Shown piece after piece: positions 58,642-64,000 of a stretch of 64,000 nucleotides of DNA. The DNA is taken from the NCBI GenBank assembly GCA_028282585.1, contig JANQHR010000142.1, forward strand, positions 1 through 64,000. The letters run 5' to 3'. The stretch is from Bacteroidales bacterium (lineage in GTDB: Bacteria; Bacteroidota; Bacteroidia; Bacteroidales; UBA12077). The stretch's first letter is position 1. Every line of letters starts with the position of its first letter. The notes under the pieces were generated by a model. It was not told where the DNA came from. It ran no database searches and worked only from the letters and a program-made list of their open reading frames with translations. The translations under genes were made by a program, and so were the position numbers.

Positions 58642-59385
58642 TTAACGGGGAATCAGATAAATCAAAATACCGGTTGTTAGCATAAAACCTTTGTTTTTGG
58701 GCCTATCTACATTTTGTTCTGGCCAAAATGGTTCATGATTAAAATTATATCGGTATTCAGCTGTTCCATTATCCAGGTTAACAAATCCATAATAATACCT
58801 AAAATCAAGAAATAAATCAATACGACGATTAAACCTTCCCTGAACACCCAAACCTCCAACTAATCCAACATCAAAGCTATTCAAGTAAGAAGATATATCT
58901 TCGTTTATTGACTCCGTAATATTATCTTCACTGATAACTATTTCATATGTTCCTGTTGTATTTGCAGAAAGTAAATATGAACCATATCCGCCTCCATAAA
59001 TATAAATCTCAGGATCGATGGTAAAGTTAAATTTAAGATATAAGGGCAAACTTATATAATTAAGATTCATTTTCATATCATGATTCACGAATTTACCGCC
59101 CTTTGATTCGTAAAGAATCTCGGCTTTTATCGATAACATTGGATGAAAATATAAAGCTCCAGTGACTCCTATTTGCGGGCTAATTTTTTTTGCAAATTCA
59201 TCGATAGCTTCATCTCCTTTAACTGTTGACAACAATGCTCCTCCCTTAATACCAATGGTTGGGCTTTTCCTAACATTGTATGCAAAAACCTGAGGATTAC
59301 GTGGGTTTTGCGCATATAAAATATCAACCTGAAGAATGCAGATTAATCCAATTAAAAGAATTGATGTTTTATGCTTTAATTTCAT
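58642..59385 (-). CDS. Outer-membrane beta-barrel (porin-like) protein
   Basis: Signal peptide; GIKGG, LNYISLPL..K, FDVGLVGGLG, DFRYYYG. Confidence 0.85.
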   Translation of the reverse strand: MKLKHKTSILLIGLICILQVDILYAQNPRNPQVFAYNVRKSPTIGIKGGALLSTVKGDEAIDEFAKKISPQIGVTGALYFHPMLSIKAEILYESKGGKFVNHDMKMNLNYISLPLYLKFNFTIDPEIYIYGGGYGSYLLSANTTGTYEIVISEDNITESINEDISSYLNSFDVGLVGGLGVQGRFNRRIDLFLDFRYYYGFVNLDNGTAEYRYNFNHEPFWPEQNVDRPKNKGFMLTTGILIYLIPR

Positions 59386-59419
59386 CGTTTGTTAATACTA
59401 AAATACAAAAATAAATAAT

Positions 59420-59448
59420 AAAAAAAGCCTGTCAAGTATTTGACAGGC
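59420..59448 (-). terminator. Terminator after htpG
   Basis: A-run plus gcctgtcaa-gtat-ttgacaggc. Confidence 0.8.
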
Positions 59449-59471
59449 AAGTAAAAACAATAACTATGCTA

Positions 59472-61520
59472 TTATTTTATTAAATCTACGCTTCTTTTAA
59501 CAAATTTTGTTAAGTCTTCACCCTTAAGCATATTGTTTGCAAGTAACGCTAAATCAGTCAATTGCTTAACATATTTATTTTCTGATCCATATTTAACCAG
59601 TACTTCCTTTTTCTTTGATTTTATTTCTTCAATTTTCTTATCAACATCTGTCAATTTATCTTTTTCTTCCTGGTTAATTTCTTCTTCTTTCTTACCTTCC
59701 TTAGCTTTCTCTAAAGCTGTCTTTTCTTCCTCAAAAGGCTTAAGTTCTTCCAAAATTTTCGAAACTTTAGTACCTACTTTTTTGTCCTTTTGTTCAAGAA
59801 CCTTCTCAATTAATCTGTGATTTGTATTTAAAACAACGTTATAACTATCTGGCATCTCACCATAAAAATTCATTCCTCCGCCTCCCATAGCAGCCATATC
59901 TTTCATACGACGCATAAATTCCGACTGAGTAATCATAACCGGATCATCGTCTTCCCTTAAATTTTCAAAAGCCACCGTAAAATTAGCAAAACCAGGCAAT
60001 TGGCTTTCAAACATATGCGTTAACTGATCTTTATCCTCAACTGATAATTTAGATTCTTCCGAATCTTCTTTTCGAATCAATTTGTCAACCACATCAGCAT
60101 CAACTCTCATAAATCTTGAATTACTGAATTTTTGCTCAATCTGGTTAATAAAATGAGTATCTAACTGCCCATCCATAAGTAATACATCGTAACCTTTCGC
60201 TTTGGCATTTTCAATGAATGTGTATTGCTTGTCCTTATCAGTTGCATATAAATAAATTAGATTCTTGTCCTTATCTGTTTGATTCTCCTTAATTAATTTT
60301 TCATATTCTTCGAAAGTGAAATACTTTCCATCAGTATTCTTAAATAAAGAAAACTTCTCTGCTTTTTCGTAGAATTTTTCTTCGGTTAACATTCCATATT
60401 CAATAAATACTTTTAGATCATCCCATTTATTTTCAAATTGTTCACGATCATTTTTAAATATTTCATCAAGTCTGTCAGCTACCTTTTTAGTAATATGATT
60501 TGAGATTTTCTTTACGTTCGAATCGCTTTGTAAATAACTTCTTGAAACATTTAATGGAATGTCAGGTGAATCAAGAACTCCATGTAACAGAGTTAAAAAT
60601 TCCGGCACAATACCTTCAACCGAATCAGTTACAAAAACTTGGTTTGCATATAATTGTATTTTATTCTTTTGAACCTCAACGTTGTTCTTAAGCTTTGGAA
60701 AATAAAGAATTCCTGTTAAATTAAATGGGTAATCAACATTTAAGTGTATATGAAACAAATGTTCTTCATTAAACGGATATAACTTATTATAAAATTCCTT
60801 ATAATCTTCATCTTTTAATTCAGATGGCGTTTGGGACCACAAAGGCTTTGTTTCATTTATTATATTTAATTTATCCGTTTCAACTTCCTTACCATCTTTC
60901 CATTCCTTTTGTTTTCCAAATGCTATTTCGATTGGTAAGAAACGACAATATTTATTCAATAAATCGTTAATTCTTTTTTCTTCGGTAAATTCTTTCGATT
61001 CATCATCTATATGTAAAATAATGTCAGTACCTCTATTCTCTTTTTCGACCTCTTCTATCTTATATTCCGGACTTCCATCACATGACCATTTTACTGCTTT
61101 AGCATCATCTTTGTAAGATTTTGTAATGATTTCAACTTTTTTCGAAACCATAAAAGACGAATAGAAACCTAAACCAAATTTACCAATAATTGTAGTTTGA
61201 TCTTTGAACTTATTAATAAACTCCTCAGCACTAGAAAATGCAATTTGATTAATGTATTTATCGATCTCTTCATCAGTCATTCCAATACCCCTGTCACTAA
61301 TCGTTAGAGTCTTCTTTTTACTATCTAACGAAACATTTATCGTTAAATCACCTAATTCGCCTTTGTAATCACCAAGAGATGCAAGTTTTTTCATTTTTTG
61401 TGTTGCATCAATTGCATTAGATACTAGCTCTCTTAAAAATATTTCATGATCAGAATAAAGAAATTTTTTAATAATTGGAAATATATTCTCCGTTGTTACT
61501 CCAATTTTACCTTTTTGCAT
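59472..61520 (-). CDS. htpG: Molecular chaperone HtpG (Hsp90)
   Basis: FLRELVSNAIDA, DRGIGM, IGKFGLGFYS, PLNVSRSYLQ. Confidence 0.97.
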   Translation of the reverse strand: MQKGKIGVTTENIFPIIKKFLYSDHEIFLRELVSNAIDATQKMKKLASLGDYKGELGDLTINVSLDSKKKTLTISDRGIGMTDEEIDKYINQIAFSSAEEFINKFKDQTTIIGKFGLGFYSSFMVSKKVEIITKSYKDDAKAVKWSCDGSPEYKIEEVEKENRGTDIILHIDDESKEFTEEKRINDLLNKYCRFLPIEIAFGKQKEWKDGKEVETDKLNIINETKPLWSQTPSELKDEDYKEFYNKLYPFNEEHLFHIHLNVDYPFNLTGILYFPKLKNNVEVQKNKIQLYANQVFVTDSVEGIVPEFLTLLHGVLDSPDIPLNVSRSYLQSDSNVKKISNHITKKVADRLDEIFKNDREQFENKWDDLKVFIEYGMLTEEKFYEKAEKFSLFKNTDGKYFTFEEYEKLIKENQTDKDKNLIYLYATDKDKQYTFIENAKAKGYDVLLMDGQLDTHFINQIEQKFSNSRFMRVDADVVDKLIRKEDSEESKLSVEDKDQLTHMFESQLPGFANFTVAFENLREDDDPVMITQSEFMRRMKDMAAMGGGGMNFYGEMPDSYNVVLNTNHRLIEKVLEQKDKKVGTKVSKILEELKPFEEEKTALEKAKEGKKEEEINQEEKDKLTDVDKKIEEIKSKKKEVLVKYGSENKYVKQLTDLALLANNMLKGEDLTKFVKRSVDLIK

Positions 61521-61650
61521 TTTTATATGATTTTGTGTTCAACATCAAGTTAACATCTGCCCAATTTCAATATATATGCCATAATTGTTTTACTGCCAAT
61601 TAGACAGGATTTAGTTACATTAGATATAAATTAAGTGAAAAAAATGCAGA

Positions 61651-62196
61651 TTATGATAAAAACCACTCGGGAAAGATCATATAAAGTATAATTAATAAAA
61701 TTGCAATACAAGCAATAAATATTAGAAATACTCTTGTAAACCTTCTACTTGCATCTTTTTTTATTAGAAAATTTTTCTGACTTATAATTCCTTTTATATT
61801 ATTTTCTATACGTAAAATAATGTTTTCGTTCTTTTTTATAAAGGTATATGCCCCATAATGAAAAGCAGAAGAAACCAAATTAATATCGTCATTATCAGAA
61901 TATAAAACTACTTCAGAATTAGCGTTAATTTGTTTAATCCTTTTGAGAACATCCAATACATCTACCTGATTATTATCTTCATCAAGCTCTAATGTAGTTG
62001 CAAGGAAAATTATATAAATCTCATTTCTGGATCTTTCTATCAACCTAAAATCTTCAAAAAACTCCCTACTTCTTGAATAAATCTTTATGTTATATTCATT
62101 TACCTCTTCGAATTTTGCCAAAACATCCCTGATGTATGAATCATCGTTATCTATAAATATAACATTTGTATTATTTCTGGAAAATCTTCGATTCAT
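61651..62196 (-). CDS. Atypical receiver-domain protein with a C-terminal TM anchor
   Basis: VIFIDND, VLKRIKQIN, YGAYTFIKK; IIFLA at the usual IILD position; hydrophobic tail. Confidence 0.7.
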   Translation of the reverse strand: MNRRFSRNNTNVIFIDNDDSYIRDVLAKFEEVNEYNIKIYSRSREFFEDFRLIERSRNEIYIIFLATTLELDEDNNQVDVLDVLKRIKQINANSEVVLYSDNDDINLVSSAFHYGAYTFIKKNENIILRIENNIKGIISQKNFLIKKDASRRFTRVFLIFIACIAILLIILYMIFPEWFLS

Positions 62197-62248
62197 AAGA
62201 AATGAATTTAAGCTCTAAAATAAGCTAATATGCTATACGAGTCAATAG

Positions 62249-63094
62249 CTAAAATGCATCAATTGAGTAATCTCTTACATCGATATCTGTATATGAATTC
62301 CAAATTCCTCGTTCAAACTTTAATCCATCATATGAAAAATCAGGACCGTAAAATTCGAACTGCCCTGTTAAACTTGGCTTCGAGGGAGATAAATGATCGA
62401 ATACAATCATCTCTTTTTCATCATCATAAGCTAGCGTCATATTAGTTTGCCCGTTAAACTCAAATATTACTCGCGCTACAGGTGGAACCCTATTTTTAAA
62501 AACCTTATCTCCAAAAACAGGTAAATCATTCTTATCGAAATATAAAATATCGATTACTTTCTTTTTAGTAAGTAAGTTATTTAAATCTGCTCCAAGAAGC
62601 GTATAATAATCTCTTCCTTTGCTTTTAGTTGTAATTATTTTATAATATAAAGCCCCATACCAATTCGAAGAACTCAGGATAACCAATTCAGGATTCTTAA
62701 TCTCTTCGGAGCGATCTTTTAACTCATAAAATACATAATCTTTTTTATTTCTTTTATACTGAATGAATCCAAAATATTTATGAGTTCTATCACTGTAAGG
62801 CAGATTCCAGGTAATTATTCTTAACTTATAGTCATCTGATCTAATAAATCCGACATTTTTTAAATTAAAAAAAGGGTAATAAAAAGAATCTTTTTGCTTC
62901 AATGCTTCCTTAAACAAGCTAACGATCCTATTATTTATTTTAATTTTATTCTCATCCGTGTTCTCTTTTAAAAGCATTGAAAAATAAAGATTCAAGGAAT
63001 CCTCAAGTTGCTTTAAATGATCATCTTCATTAGCAATGATTTTAGAACTAAAAAAAGACAAGAAAATTAGTATTATTAAGAATGTTTTCTTCAT
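62249..63094 (-). CDS. Conserved exported hypothetical protein
   Basis: Signal peptide; WYGALYY.I, IVFDHL.P, YGPDFSYD. Confidence 0.8.
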   Translation of the reverse strand: MKKTFLIILIFLSFFSSKIIANEDDHLKQLEDSLNLYFSMLLKENTDENKIKINNRIVSLFKEALKQKDSFYYPFFNLKNVGFIRSDDYKLRIITWNLPYSDRTHKYFGFIQYKRNKKDYVFYELKDRSEEIKNPELVILSSSNWYGALYYKIITTKSKGRDYYTLLGADLNNLLTKKKVIDILYFDKNDLPVFGDKVFKNRVPPVARVIFEFNGQTNMTLAYDDEKEMIVFDHLSPSKPSLTGQFEFYGPDFSYDGLKFERGIWNSYTDIDVRDYSIDAF

Positions 63095-63133
63095 TTTGGT
63101 TCGGATTAAAATAAAAACTCAGATTATTACTAA

Positions 63134-64000
63134 TTATTTTAAAGATTCTGTAATTGATTCATTTAAAATATCACAAGCTTCTTTTATTTGAACATTTGAA
63201 ATTGTTAATGGCGGTGCAATTCTAAAAGCACTATCATGAAATAAGAACCAGTCTGTTACTAAACCTTTAGTTATTGCAATATCAATTACTTTTTTCACTT
63301 GATTAAAATCACTAAGTTCAACTGCCATAAATAATCCATCACCTCTAATTTCCTTAATTCCAGAATGATTTAAATACCTTTTGAACAACTTTCCTTTATG
63401 TTCAACTTTACTAATTATATCTTCTGCTATTAACGTATTAAGCGAAGCTTTCGCAGCGGCACAAGAAACCGGATGACCTCCAAATGTTGTAATGTGTCCC
63501 AAAATTGGATTGGTTTTAAAACTCGACATGATCTCATTAGATGAAACAAATGCTCCAATGGGCATTCCTCCTCCCATACCTTTTGCTATGGTAAAAATAT
63601 CCGGTAACACATTATATTTCTGAAAAGCAAATAAAGTACCAGTTCTACCAAATCCGGTTTGAATCTCGTCAAAAACTAATATTACGCCATGATCATCACA
63701 TCTTTCTCTTAACTTTTTTAAATAACCATCCTCTGGTAAACGAATTCCAGCTTCACCTTGAACAGTTTCTACAAGCACACAGGCTGTTTTATCAGAAATC
63801 TGCTCAATATCTTCAACTGAATTAAAATTTATAAATTTTATATCTGGCAATAATGGTCTGAACGAATTCTTAAATTCTTCATTACCCATTACACTCAAAG
63901 CACCATGAGTACTTCCATGATATGCATTTTTAAATGAAATAATTTCTGATCTTCCGGTGTATCGTTTAGCTAGTTTTAATGCTCCTTCAATTGCTTCACT
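63134..64000 (-). CDS. Class III PLP aminotransferase (acetylornithine aminotransferase-like), 5' end outside the window
   Basis: Frame open to the window edge (SEAIEGALKLA..YHGSTHG); ETVQGEAG, FDEIQTGFGRTG, AKGMGGG, TTFGGHP. Confidence 0.92.
   Translation of the reverse strand, partial: SEAIEGALKLAKRYTGRSEIISFKNAYHGSTHGALSVMGNEEFKNSFRPLLPDIKFINFNSVEDIEQISDKTACVLVETVQGEAGIRLPEDGYLKKLRERCDDHGVILVFDEIQTGFGRTGTLFAFQKYNVLPDIFTIAKGMGGGMPIGAFVSSNEIMSSFKTNPILGHITTFGGHPVSCAAAKASLNTLIAEDIISKVEHKGKLFKRYLNHSGIKEIRGDGLFMAVELSDFNQVKKVIDIAITKGLVTDWFLFHDSAFRIAPPLTISNVQIKEACDILNESITESLK

Noticed and set aside
791-62445. Many 60-136 aa ORFs in the track that lie antisense or out of frame inside long genes (e.g. 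791-1045, 7075-7437, 32485-32895, 35995-36357, 42028-42225, 59533-59820)
   Set aside because: Shadow ORFs fully overlapping well-supported CDSs, with no motifs of their own
1-64000. tRNA, rRNA, prophage, integrase or transposase genes
   Set aside because: No such signatures found in the ORFs or intergenic gaps by eye; a tRNAscan/Infernal run would be needed to exclude small RNAs

Overview
AT-rich (about 30% GC by eye) chromosomal segment of a Bacteroidota bacterium, probably Bacteroidales/Marinilabiliales-like. The lineage call rests on TAnnTTTG promoter motifs, AT-rich leaders without Shine-Dalgarno sites, RprXY-like and SpoIIE-type regulators, and Bacteroidota-type ExbD and ABC permeases. 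The right half is mostly housekeeping: pntAA/AB/B, sucAB, cobB, murB, mltG, an aspartate aminotransferase, htpG, ggt and a partial argD-like gene. The left half is rich in signalling genes and holds several decayed gene remnants. No rRNA, tRNA, cas gene or CRISPR array was seen. Four loci stand out. (1) An ECF sigma/anti-sigma-linked MNIO (DUF692) RiPP cluster of the Hvf/bufferin type, with a KCG/EGKCG-repeat precursor and a doxX partner that is visibly pseudogenised. (2) An exbD-blaI-M56 operon in which the BlaR1-like peptidase appears to carry two ExbD-like periplasmic domains as its sensor, with a paired operator upstream. (3) A membrane-PAS-GAF protein with no output domain, coupled to a PP2C phosphatase with a triplicated PAS unit. 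(4) An intact but catalytically stripped LeuD paralogue. All family assignments come from motifs recognised by eye; no database search was run.
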